Shown here: piece after piece, positions 47,597 through 59,562 of the stretch
Layout of the letters: each line of letters begins with the position of its first letter
Numbering within the stretch: position 1 is the stretch's first letter
Assembly: GCA_907165135.1 (NCBI GenBank)
Contig: OU015567.1
Location: 12,834,001 to 12,898,000, forward strand
Direction: 5' to 3'
DNA length: 64,000 nucleotides
DNA from: Oikopleura dioica
Lineage: Eukaryota; Animalia; Chordata
The notes under the pieces: model-generated
The model's input: only the letters and a program-made list of their open reading frames with translations
Database searches by the model: none
What the model was told of the DNA's origin: nothing
Made by a program: the position numbers and the translations under genes

Positions 47597-50500
47597 ATGG
47601 ACCAGCTCCAGGTAGAATGCGCGGACGAGGACATTCTGGGCCAAATCGTCATCATCAAGAAGGATTCGACGGATGGGGGAACGATGCCTCTGCTCCGTGG
47701 CTCTGTTTCCTGGCTGATCGGAGCCGGCGAACAATGCGACCTGCGAATTAAAAACGCGCTGGTAAAAGCTCTTCACATGAAGATCACTGTTGAAGAGCAG
47801 GATGACGAGAACTTCGGAGAAACATATGGTAAGATTGATTTGAACGACATAGAGTTCCTCACATTTTTTCCCTCCAAGAATTTTCGCCCAATTTTTTTTC
47901 AGTTTTCCAGTACCAAGCGTTCGCCCCACTCCAGCTAAACTGCTCAGCAGTCCCCTACGTCGCTCAGAACACCTCTTCCACTCCGAACAAAAATCAAGTG
48001 AAGCCAAAGACAATCAAGCATGGAGACGTTTTCCGCGTTGGAGGGCGAGCCTTTCGCATTGAATATCCTCAAGGTGAAGCATAATCATTCAGTTCTAGAA
48101 CTAACTGTATATATTTTAAGGGCATATGTTGAGAAAAAGACGCAGGAGTTCCACGATGATGCCTCGCAAGCAAACCTACATCAATTTTTCGCCCGCTCCA
48201 GCTCGAATTCAGCGCGTCGAAGTCATGAAAACACCAACTCGAGTTACGAAACCCTTCGGCACACCAGCTTCTTCCAGACGACGAGTAACGTTCGGAAACC
48301 GCCTCAGTCCAGAGATCTTCGATTACCGAAAGCCTCCAGACACGCCGATTCGAAAAGGATCGACTCCGATGAAAAAGAGCAACGAGCGAAAAAGCATTTT
48401 GAAAGAAACGCCAATGCGCGCTCCACTAAACGCCGTTCGCGAGGAAGGCATGCATCGCGAAAATCCACCGAAGCTCGATTTGGGGCCGCCGCCAAAGCTC
48501 GACCTGGGAAATTCGGAAAAGGAAAAAGAAGAATTCAAAGATATGCCAGAGCTTATTCCCGCTGAGGAGGAGAATCCGAATGCGTCGCTTATTTCTGAGC
48601 CAGGAAACTTCAGCTTCGATGAGTTTAAATTCTCTGACGAAGAAGACGAGCCTGATGAGCCAAAGAAAACGCCTTCGATCGAGCAAGTTCCTAATCCGCA
48701 AAACAATCAAACGTAAGTTTCCTTATCTAATCTATTGGTATTCATCCTTGATTTCAGTACTCCCACCACTCCAGCTGAGAAGCGAAAGGCCAGGCGAAAG
48801 TCTTCTCTGTTCCAACCGAAGAGCGAGTCCTCTTCTCCCGGAACATTGACAAACGAGCTTCTTGCTCCGAACGAAGAGGACCCACCAAGCACGAGTGCTG
48901 CTGATATCACCCTTGGAGGCATTTCCGACTTTGACATCAGCGATGACGTCGGCCATCCTCCATTTGAGAGCACGAAGGTGAATGAAAGTTCGAAGCTCTT
49001 GGACTCTACTGCTGCGCTCATGGCATCAGATGACGAGACGAACATCGAAGATAGTAGCGTCGAACCGAAAACGCCGGAGGGCTACAATTTCACTGAGCAT
49101 CCTAGTGAGGGTTCGATGACCCCGCTGGATCAAACACCTAAAGTTACTTCTGTTGGCAGCATGCGAAAAAAGGTAACAACACAATCATTGTTTTAAATGA
49201 ATTAACCATTCGTTTCCAGGTGACCTCTCTCGCAAGAGTCTCGGCAGTTCGATCGTCTGCTTCTCGCCGCCGAACCTGTGGCGGACCCTCTCCATCGTCG
49301 AAGATGCGAGTCAAGCGATTTTCAGCTGATCCCAAGTTCCTTGCAAAGGCAATCAAAATGTACGGGATGAAACTGATGAAAAATCGCCTCGAAAACGAGC
49401 CTAAAGAAGTCGTCGACAAAGCGATGGACATTCTTGACAAAGAAAATAAAAGCCCTAACGAGGGTTTACCAACTCCAAAGGTAAATTCCGTCAAGAAAGA
49501 AAATTCTATTTGAATGTTCAGCTCGATAAATCTATCGTCAAGATTCCCTCAACGCCATCAGAAGCACTTGATTCGCTTCCCAAGCCAATGATGGAAAGCC
49601 AAAATGAAATACTCGTCAATCGTGTTGAGATGGACGAAACAATCTCGCCGACTCACAAGGCTCTTTTCAAAAAGACATGACTCCAGGTATTTTATCAAAT
49701 CAATTGTCTTTATCTAAAGAAAATGCTAGCCAAGCCTAGCCAGGTTCCGCAAACTCCAGATCAAAAAGAGGCGGAAAAGAATGAAGAGGAACTCGCTGCC
49801 AAAAAGGAATCTGAAGGCACAATCCCGCAGAACCCTGTTACACCCGGCCCAACAGCAATGAAAGGGCTCTTCACAGAAGAAAGCAGCTCAGAGACAGGCG
49901 TTACTCCTGGTCCAACTGCTATGAAGGGTCTATTTGCTGAGGAGAACGCAGCAAAAGCTGGTGTGACTCCTGGCCCAACCGCGATGAAAGGACTCTTTGC
50001 GGAAGAAAATAAGGTAAAATGATAATTGTCGAGAGTTTCTGAATCTTTTTTAGGCCAAGGGAAATCAAACACCTCACCAATCTGCAATGAAAGGCCTTTT
50101 CCAGGAAGAAAAAGAGCAGCAAGCCGCAGCCACTCCTATCCAAGGAGAGCTCCACCAAATGTTCAAAGAGCAAAAGTCCCTCCCAACTCCAAATGTCCGC
50201 AAAATCTTTAGCGAAATGGCTCACGAGATGAAAACTCCCGACGGAAAAGCGATGAAGAACATCTTTGGCGACGGACAGGAAAAGACTGCGAAAGAACAGT
50301 CGGTCCCTCAAAATCCCGTTACTCCAGGTGGCGATGCGATGACCGGTCTCTTTGGCTCAAAGACACCTATTGCCACTCCTTCCGCAAAAATTTTCGAGTC
50401 TCCAGCTCGCAAAAACATGGAAGATAACACATTCGCTACCCCAGGACGTGGGAAAAAATTCTCTGACTTTGCTGACTCGGCTTTCAAACATGACGAGTCA

Positions 50501-53500
50501 AGGCCAAAAACGAATGAAGTAACTCCTGGCCAAACTGCTATGAAGGCCATTTTCGAACCTGCTATTGAACCGGAGTCCCCTCTTCTCGGTAAGAATTATA
50601 TAAAACCGACATCTCCTAAATTTATTCATAGACGCAAGAGCAATGCAAAAAGTCTTCCAGTCCCCAGTTCTTGATCTCGACAACGAAGATCATGTCAAAT
50701 CGATGGAGGATATGACCGATGATGTCAAAATCGGCAACACTAGCATTCGACAGCTCATCTCTGAAGTTGGTGGCATGGAGGCGACTCCGGAACAGATTGC
50801 CTATGAATACCTGATGGAAGGCGATCCGATCGAGATAAAATTCGACGACGAAATGTCAACTTCAACTGCTAGCTTGAGACGTTTTTCCGAAACCAGCGCG
50901 GTGAGTCTTTCTTGATTCCAATATCAATTTAACTCTTTGTTTTAGCATCGATCCAGAACTCGAAAGACCTTTATTGGCACAAACGCCGTCGACGAGCCAA
51001 ACGTTTCTACAACTCTTTTCTCGACTCCTGACAGTGACGATGACGAGGAAGACATCCTCAGGGAGAGTGAAAAAGATGTCCTCCAACTTGACGCTTCGAT
51101 GGCTCTTGATAAATCGCAAGAGAAAATTGATAGTCCCGCAGAGCCAGAAAAAGATCTCATTCCAGAACCCACTACTCAACAGAAAAAATTATCTCCTGGC
51201 GATCTTCCTCGACGTCGTGGACGCCCCTCTATCAAGCCAAAAGCTGGCCAAGAGCTTGAATCGCCCAAGAAAGTCGGAAAATCATCCGCTCAAGATACGT
51301 CCTCCGAAGAAGCTACCGACAAAAAGACCGAACTAACTGAAGACGCTACTACTACTCATACGACTCCAGATATCGTGATTACGGAAGCTACACCCAAGCG
51401 ACGTGGTCGGCCCTCACTCAAGCCAAAAGTGCAGGAAGAGCCAGTTGTCGAGGAAAAGACGAAAACTGCGACCACTCCTAAACGGCGAGGGCGACCATCA
51501 CTCAAACCGAAAGAAGAGGAAGAAGAATCAACAGAACCTGTCGTTTATGCGCCAAAATCTCGAGGGCGACCTTCGTTGAAATCTAAGGCTGCTCCAGAAG
51601 AAGATTCACCAAAGGGTCTTCAATCTGCGACAAAGGTTGAGACTCAGCCGACTACCACGCCAAAGCGAAAAGGAAGGCCATCTTTGGCGCAGAAAAAGAA
51701 GGAAGCCGAAGCAGCGACCGAGGTCAAGACACCAAAACGACGAGGTCGCCCCTCCTTGAAGCCGAAAGTTGAAGAGGAAGAACATACTGACTTCTTCGCT
51801 GAAGCAACTGGCGAGCCTTCTACAAGTGCGACTCCTAAACGACGATCAATTGTCCCTCCTGATGAAGCATTTTTGTCTCCAGTTTCAAGCCATGCGTCCG
51901 AAAATGAATCAGCCGAGAAAGCTAATACTGAAGAAGACGAGGAAGTACAAGAGCCATCACCAGTTAAGTCGAAGCGTGGCCGCAAATCCAACGCTCAAAA
52001 GGCCAAAGAAGCGGAAGAATCTGTCGAAGCTCCAGTTGAGAAATCAACAAGGAAATCTCTATTAATGATGGCTGAAGATGCGGCACAAGATGGTGTCGTT
52101 GCTGATAAGAAGACGAAGGCAAGAAAATCAATTCTTGATATGGCAGAAGAAGCTGCCGAAGTTGCGGAACCGCCAGTTCCCGAAGCTACAGCTGATGAAA
52201 TTCCTATTCTTGAAGATCTTCCGGTGCTCGAACATCCTGCTGCTGAAGAGCAACCGACGACTGAAGAAAAGCCAAAGAAACGTGGACGAAAACCTGCTCC
52301 ACCAGTTGCGACATCTTCTCGGCGCACTCGACGAAATTCCGCCTCGGAGTCATCAGCTGAGGAAGCACCAGTTGCAGCCACTCCATCGAAGGGACGAGGA
52401 AAGAAAGCAGTTGCTGCTACGCCTGTTAGAAGAAGCAGACGAGTTAGCACGCTTGAGACTCCAAAGGTTGAAGCTAAGAAGGAAGAAGAAAAGTCTACCA
52501 AGCGACGACCACGTGCGCGGAAGATCGATGAGCCCGAGGAAATTAGTCCAGCGAAGCAAGCTAAGATTGAAGAGCCTGCATCTGTCGAGGCTGTTGCTGC
52601 CGAAATCGCTGTTGCTCCGCGACGAACTCGGCGAACCTCGAAGACGGAAACAGCTGAAGAGCCGAAAGAAGAGCCGGCGAAAAAGACAGTCAAGCGAAGA
52701 AAGAGAAACATCTCCGGAACCGCTGAAAGCTCAGATAATGAAGTTGCTTCTAAGCCAACTCGGGGACGAAAGTCAAAGAAGGAAGAAACAGTCGAGAAAG
52801 AGGATGAAGATACAACGAAAGCGCCTAAACGAGCTGGACGAAAGTCTAAAAAGGCTGTCGAAGAAACTCCTGAAGAAGAACAAAAGGAAGTTGAAAAATC
52901 GCCTGTGAAGAAAGTAGGCAGAAAAGCGCGCAAAGTTGAAGAGCCGGTAGTCGAGTCGCCTAAGAAGAAGGCTGGCAGACCAAAGAAAGTAAAGGAGTCT
53001 GAATCGTCCGACGAGCCCGTAGTGGAGTCGCCGAAGAAAAAAGCAGGTCGACCGAAAAAGGTAAAAGATTCTGAGCCTGCCGAAAACGCTGTCGTCGAGG
53101 GAAAGCCAAAGCGCGGGCGAAAAGCAAAGGAGCCGGTAAAAGATTTGAACACATCGGAGTCGCAGGAGGAGACTAATGTGCCAGCAGAAAAACCAAAGCG
53201 GGGACGAAAGCCAAAAGCCGTCGCTGAGCCCGTGGAGGAAGCTGAAAAGGTAAGAGTTATATTTTTTGTTCTAAAGATTGAATTCAATTTAGCCAAAAAG
53301 AGGTCGAGCAAAGAAGGCATCTTCAGACGAATCTTCTCAAGAACGACCCGCACCAGCCAAGGTAAACTAAGATCATTTTATGAAACGTTAATAAATATTT
53401 TGAAGGGCCGTTCCACACGATCAAAAGCACCCGTCGTCGTGCCAGAGATCGAAATGGAACACGTCGATACTGTCTCGTGCCTGAAAAAGTCGAAACGCGG

Positions 53501-53753
53501 TATAAAACCCACCGTTTCCTTTCAAGAAGACGAGGCCGACGATCAGCCCGAAGAAGAACCGGCTGATGAAGTTAAGCCAGCCAAAAAGCCGACTAAGAAA
53601 GCTGCGGCTGCTAAGAAAGCATCGTCAAAGAAAAATGACGATGCCGAGGAAAAACCTAAGGCCCGAGGCCGTAAGAAAGCAGCCGAAAAAGAGGCTGAAG
53701 AAAGCGAGGCTCCTTCAACACGTAGCACCAGGAGCACTCGTTCACGAAAATAA
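47597..53753 (+). CDS. MKI67: Ki-67 orthologue: FHA domain, PP1-binding domain, short xMKxLF repeats, Lys/Glu-rich tail with AT-hooks
   Basis: FHA: IVIIKKDSTDGGTMPL...LIGAGEQCDLRI...IKHGDVFRVGGRAFRIEY. PP1 motif RRRVTFGNRLSPEIFDYRKPPDTPIRKG (Ki-67/RepoMan consensus). Repeats TPGPTAMKGLF and multiple RRGRP. Many short introns, including two hidden inside ORF 51099-53753 (about 53250-53292 and 53362-53406). Confidence 0.88.
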
Positions 53754-53934
53754 TTTTTTATACTAAACATGTTTCACAAGTCACTTGAACATTCACTTAA
53801 CTTTCACATTCCACCTTATCCTGCCACAATAAACTCACAAAAACAAAAATCTCCGATTAGGAAGAAGAAAATCTCATCTTTTTCCTGTCATTTCTCAAAC
53901 TGCCTTATTCCAGGAAGAAAGCAGTTTTTCTAGA

Positions 53935-55941
53935 TGCAAGTAAAAGCATAATTATTGATGTTTGCATAACTCCGTAGTTGCAAGGTCGAGAAGGGATTAC
54001 CTGATGGGTACCTATCAGGTTGATGACTCGCTACAGAATTCCTCTGTTAGCACCTTCTTTTGCTATGTATTGATCACTAGTTCCTGTGTTTTTGCGCTTC
54101 TCATTTTGAGAGACTTCGTAAAAAAGGTAATCGTAGAGCTCCCATATGAAAAAATCAATTCAATCAGGCATTTGGTGCTCGACAAATTGACATGTCATGT
54201 GGATCAGGAAAACGAAGGACCACAGTAAAGGTAAGGTAGACTTGTAAAAATCGAAAAAACTTGCAGTATCAAGCTCGGTCTGGCTATTGCGAAAGATGTA
54301 TCACAGCCGAAACTGTTCATCAAATTCACTCCAGAGAAAGGCGATGAAAAACAAACCGTAGTTATTTATGACGACCTCGGTAATCACATCGGAAAATACG
54401 GCCATTTTGATATAAAAGTGAATCAGCGTCATCTCAGGTATTTTTCTTTATCATTCTTGCGGCTTTTTTATTCTTGCAGAAACACGAAGTTCATTCAAAT
54501 TGGTATATCATCAGAAAGTTCTCTTCGCGGAGAACAAATTGCAACTCTATCCTCTGCGAAAATCGTTTTCCCCAAAGCATCTGACAAGGACGACAGTAAA
54601 GAACGACTAAAAGATGCCATAATTTACGACCCCATTGAGCTAGTAAATAATATTCCAGGTATTCTGATAAATCTCTCTCATTTTGTTGACTCCTTTTCAG
54701 TCAAGCTTTCACTCGAGGAAGGAAAGCAATCATCGATATTCTTCGACGGTCTTTACAATTCAACATCATTTTCCTCTTTCAACTGGTCTCGAAAAGTTGA
54801 AGAAATTCTTATTGCCATGATTGTTGGCTTTCTCTACGTCAGAAATCTTGCCTACTCTTCGCAATCGTCCAAAACAGAGGTAAGTTTTTTTGAATAATTT
54901 TCGCTAAAATTGAGCTAACAGGTCGCTGGACTCTTTGGAGGAGCAGTTAAAGTTGATTCACATTTCATCGGCTACTACCATCGAATTCAAGATCCATGGG
55001 ATACCGATGCTATTTCGCTGATTGTAGAAGCAGTTCTTGGTGGAGTTTTTATTGGATATTTTGCGTCCGTTCTCGCTCGATTTATTCATGGGTTCTTTCT
55101 TTGGTTTGTGCTTCCAACAAATCACTGTTTAAATTTATATTCTAGGCTGCGACCGCCAGTGATCATTTCCGTCGAAACAAAGTGCTACACAAAAAAGCTT
55201 TTTACCAAGAAACGATCTGGTCAAAACAAGCGAGAAAATATCGAAGATATGTTTTTGCTTCAAAATAACCCAAATATGTGTGCGGAAAGCTTCGGAAGAA
55301 TCCTCGGGAAGCTCAACAAGCAGAGTGACATGGGAGAGCTGACTTATGATTGGGAGATTGAAATGAACGGTGATTTTGTCGAATACACACAGGTTCGTCT
55401 TCTGTGTTATCAAAAGATACAGATTATATTTAGATTAAAACAGCGACTACGGATGGTAATGCAGGAGCAGTCTTTACTACCGTCTACGATGACCTGGCCG
55501 ACTTTGACGACTTTGGCGAGCTCGAAGAAGAAGACGACAATGCAATCAACAAAACTCTTCGACGGCTAACAACTCGAAATAACAACGATAAGGTCGTCAC
55601 ATCGAATGACCCCGAAGACGGAAATACTCTCAACAACATTCCCGTGTCTGCCGGGGGAGATCCACGAGTTGGAAAAGGCTTTGGCATGGTTTCATACTTT
55701 TGGATCGTCGTCAGTTTGATTTTCTCTGGAGCGAGTAAGTTTTCTTATTTCGTTTTAGATTTAGAACTATTTAGCAATTTCGTTTCTGAATGTATACTTG
55801 TACACTCTCCTTCAAACTCCGAAAGTCGACGAAGAAGAAGACGTTCATATGGGCGGTCTTCTCATCTCAATCTGGTCATGTCAGATCATCTGGTCCCTCT
55901 TTATCTCCTCAATCCTCGACGATTTTGTCTTCCGAGTTTAA
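53935..55941 (+). CDS. Orphan multi-pass membrane protein; 5' end unresolved
   Basis: Chain of short-intron exons (IKLGLAIAKDVSQPKLFIKF..., EILIAMIVGFLYV, AISLIVEAVLGGVFIGYFASVLARF, MVSYFWIVVSLIFSGA, GGLLISIWSCQIIWSLFISSILDDFVFRV*). TAA at 55939-55941. Confidence 0.5.
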
Positions 55942-56027
55942 AGTCTGACTATTTTCTTTCTGTACATGTGACATAACTATTTATTTATAACAATATATTT
56001 AAAATATGTACAGAGTAGATCGTTTGC

Positions 56028-57609
56028 TCATACGTAGCTATTATCACCTGAGACAGGTATCGTATCGTTAGCAGGCAAAGTGAAAGCGACATTGTGGTTG
56101 CCGGTTTCTGTGATTGTATTGACTGAAGATTGAGCCGCACCATTTTGGATTTCAGCAACCATTCGCATGATTTCATCTTTGCTATACGTGTCCAAGATTT
56201 TATCCACTTTTTGCTCTAGAAATGGGCATAACTAAAGTGCGAGTATAATCAGCAGCTACCTAAGACTGACTTTGGATCTGCGACAGAATCTTCGTAATGA
56301 ACTGTTGGCTTATCAGTTGAAATGAATGCGCCTTGAGAGCTTCCAGAGTCCGACCGCTCCATGAGTTTTGGGTTCGCATTGAGAACATCTTTTGCCTTTT
56401 CGTATTCTTTTTGAGTTGGTTTGTCATTTCGTTTTTCCTCTTTTTGAGGTTTTTCTTTGGGCGATAAAATTGTCATTCTAGTCATTCTTCTGAACACTTG
56501 ATTTCCCATGTCATGTGACTTCCTGAAGTTTTCTTGTGACACGAAAATTCAAGAAGTAAAATACCTGTAGTCATTTTGGCAAGTAAAAATGAGCCCCATA
56601 ATTCCAACCACGCACAAAATCACCACTCCAGCAACAATGCAATTCGGCATTGGTAAATGATCAAATTTAATTCTTCCGATACTCGAAGATGCATAGTTCT
56701 CATCCAGTCGAAATTGCGCTTTTCTTGAGTTTGGTTAGCAAGGTGAAAATTTATGCGGGTTTGGATAGCAGCTTGCTGACATTACCTGTACCCCGAGGAC
56801 CATAAAACCAAAACTGTCGTTTGCATAATCGCCACAAGCAAATAGCCCATGCTCGACATCATAAAGCCATATGATCGGGTCGCGTATCCAACAAACGGCC
56901 AGTAGATGAAAATCAGCAGGAGGAATAAATTGATAGGGATGAGAATCTTCACGCATTTGAGCTCATAATCAGGGACGAGATTTGGAACGATGTTTTCAAA
57001 CTTTGCCTTGTAAGAGCCGATGGCAACGCATTGCTTGACGTTCTCGTCGAAAACGTAGCATTCTTGGAACGCACCAACTTCGATCTGCTTTACGCGCTAG
57101 AATGAACTTTACTTATTTATCCAGCCTATTGATTTGTGGTGTGAAGTTTGTGTTTTCAAGAAATTATATGCATTACGCTCTTGAGTTAAGAGCAATGGCG
57201 TTTTCATGAACTTTCTCTTACCCGCTCTTCAATAGCGTTGTTGTCCATTGTTTCAACGTCAAAGACTCCCCATCTTGGTATTATCAAGGCGAAGAAAAAT
57301 AACGCAAAGGAAATCCTAAATAGCGTTATTGTTGTCAGACTGCATCTCTTACCATGGAAGGAATGTCATCGTAAAATCGAAGAGTGAGAGGCCACAAATC
57401 TTATCTGGAATACACGGATCGTCAAAATGCTCCAACTGCGCTGTCTTATAAGTTTTTGAGGTCATCGTTGACTTCACTGATTTCGCTCCCCTCTTTCTCT
57501 TTTTCGACGACTTCTTTGACGTGGCCTTCGAGACTGTACTTGAGATTTCAGACCCGGTTTTGCTGGAATAAAGCGTTGAATTCGACTTTGCGCTTTTTTT
57601 CTTTCCCAT
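56028..57609 (-). CDS. Claudin/PMP22-superfamily tetraspan protein
   Basis: Four TM segments. First loop W-G-V-F...VGAFQECYVFDENVKQC (variant of the W-GLW-C-C motif). C-terminus ...GDNSYV*, a YV-type PDZ-binding end. Confidence 0.7.
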
Positions 57610-59562
57610 TTTTGGAACTTTGGTTCAGTTCTTCAAACTCGAAATGGTATTCTCTTTCGCAAGAGTGCGCATAAATACCCCTCTATCCATCTTTTATTGC
57701 AATGTTCAAATAATGTTCTACCGCGATGAGCGAAGAGGAATATGCAACAGCTGCCCAATAATCAGAAAAATTATTCTACGACTTCTGAGATAAGGTCAAG
57801 GACTTTCATAAAAGAATCTCCTAAGAGAGTCCCCAGACGACCTAGTTTTTCATTATGAACTGGCATAGCTTCCAAATTGTGAAAAAAAAACGCGAAAAAG
57901 AAAAGAATTTTTAGGTTCAATTTTTAGTACCTTTTCTTGCTCCCCTTTTTGTCATTAAACTTTGCAAAATCTTTCAAATTCAAAATTCCATCTCTCCTCA
58001 TTTTGAATGATTTGAATGAGAGATAGAGATCTACAGTCAATCCCAATTATTTCCAAGGCAAATACCGTATTTTATTTGAATACCACGCAATTTCCACAAA
58101 ATGCTGAAACCGTTCCTCCAGAGATTGTTGATAATCTATAAAATAAAATAAAAGTGAGTTACCGTTCCTTTCAAAAATATTCGTCAGTCAAGCAGGAACG
58201 CATTTGATAAAACATTTCCTGTAATTACCTTTTCGCATTCTTCGCCTGGAACTCTTTAACACTTTTTGATAGATCCTGCCCATCTTATAAAAATATTATT
58301 CGACCGACAATTATGCAGGTTTCTCTTACCGCCTAAACTGGCTCTTGTCATGCTCTTTTTTTATTAAAGATTCGAAGAAAATCTCAAAAACATCATCAAA
58401 TCTTCAAAAATCCGGAAATCCAAATTTTCATAATTTCACTGCAAATGTCACACATGATGAGTCAGCAGAGAAGATCGTAAAAATAGAACAAATTGAATAC
58501 ATATTCCTTTTTTAGGAAAGAGCCTCGACTCTTCAAGCTCCCATTTCCCAGGAATGAGATGGTTTATTGTGAATATAATAATATTTATAAATTGCCTAAG
58601 ACCTTGCTTAATGCATTATCGCCTGGCATCTTCTGAGTTTGTTTGGCCACAGAATTCCTGTTTGGAATCAAGTTCGAGTGAACATTTTGCGCGAGTCATT
58701 CTTTACGGACATTCTAAGCCCCAAATATCCAGAACTCCTAATTCCTAGCGACAGTGTGCGGCCCCTGCTTTGCCCACAAATATCGAACATGTTATTGGTA
58801 CGCACGAGGAATCAGAAAAACGCTCAACTCAGCGTGCTTGCGTGTTTTGGCTATGTAACTTAGACACCGCAAAATCGCAACAATTCCCCTTCCTGCCGAA
58901 TTATTAAGACGATTATAGCCGTACAACTCAAGGAGAAAGAGTATTTTGAAATACATTCTTCCTCCCCCCACCCCTATTTTTCAGGGGACCAGCTCGTTGC
59001 CGACAAACGATACGTAATTCACGCGAAGAACCGGTGGAGTTTCAAAGTGGCGGATATTTGCAAAGCACCCGGCACTTGAAACAGAATACGTCTTTTAGGT
59101 ATTCTGAAACGTGGAATACTGGCTCTCAGTCATTTTCATTTAGGGAGCAAATTCGACTTCGAAGGACCTCCGAGTTCGTGTGAAAAAATCGCCGCGCACA
59201 ATTAGTAATTACGGAAGAGTAATTGCTTGAATTGGGACATTCTTTCGTCCAAAAATTACCTCCGCTCACTTTGCGTTCCATTGACGTAGTCCTTAGACGA
59301 GCATGATACCGAGCATGGTAAGTAGTAAGTACTCGTTACTAAGAGGTTGATATCGTAATCTCGCGTTTTCTAGCGAAAACCTTTTTTCTTTCAAATTTTG
59401 TGAAAATTTTATTGATAGTAATTTTCGAACAAAGTTTCCATAGTTTCTGTTGAAGCTGTAAGCTGCGAAGAAAGTCTTTTATTTTCTAAAACGGGTTGCT
59501 CAAAACAGTTGCGGGATCCAAGAATATTGTTTATAAGCAAAATTGTCAATAGCTCAATTTGA

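Noticed and set aside
51644-53770. Long antisense ORFs (up to 452 aa)
   Set aside because: Shadow frames of the Lys/Glu/Pro-rich Ki-67 coding strand.
57700-59500. Fragmentary Cys-containing frames around 58520-58900
   Set aside because: Frames are interrupted by stops and I could not assemble a gene model; left unresolved.
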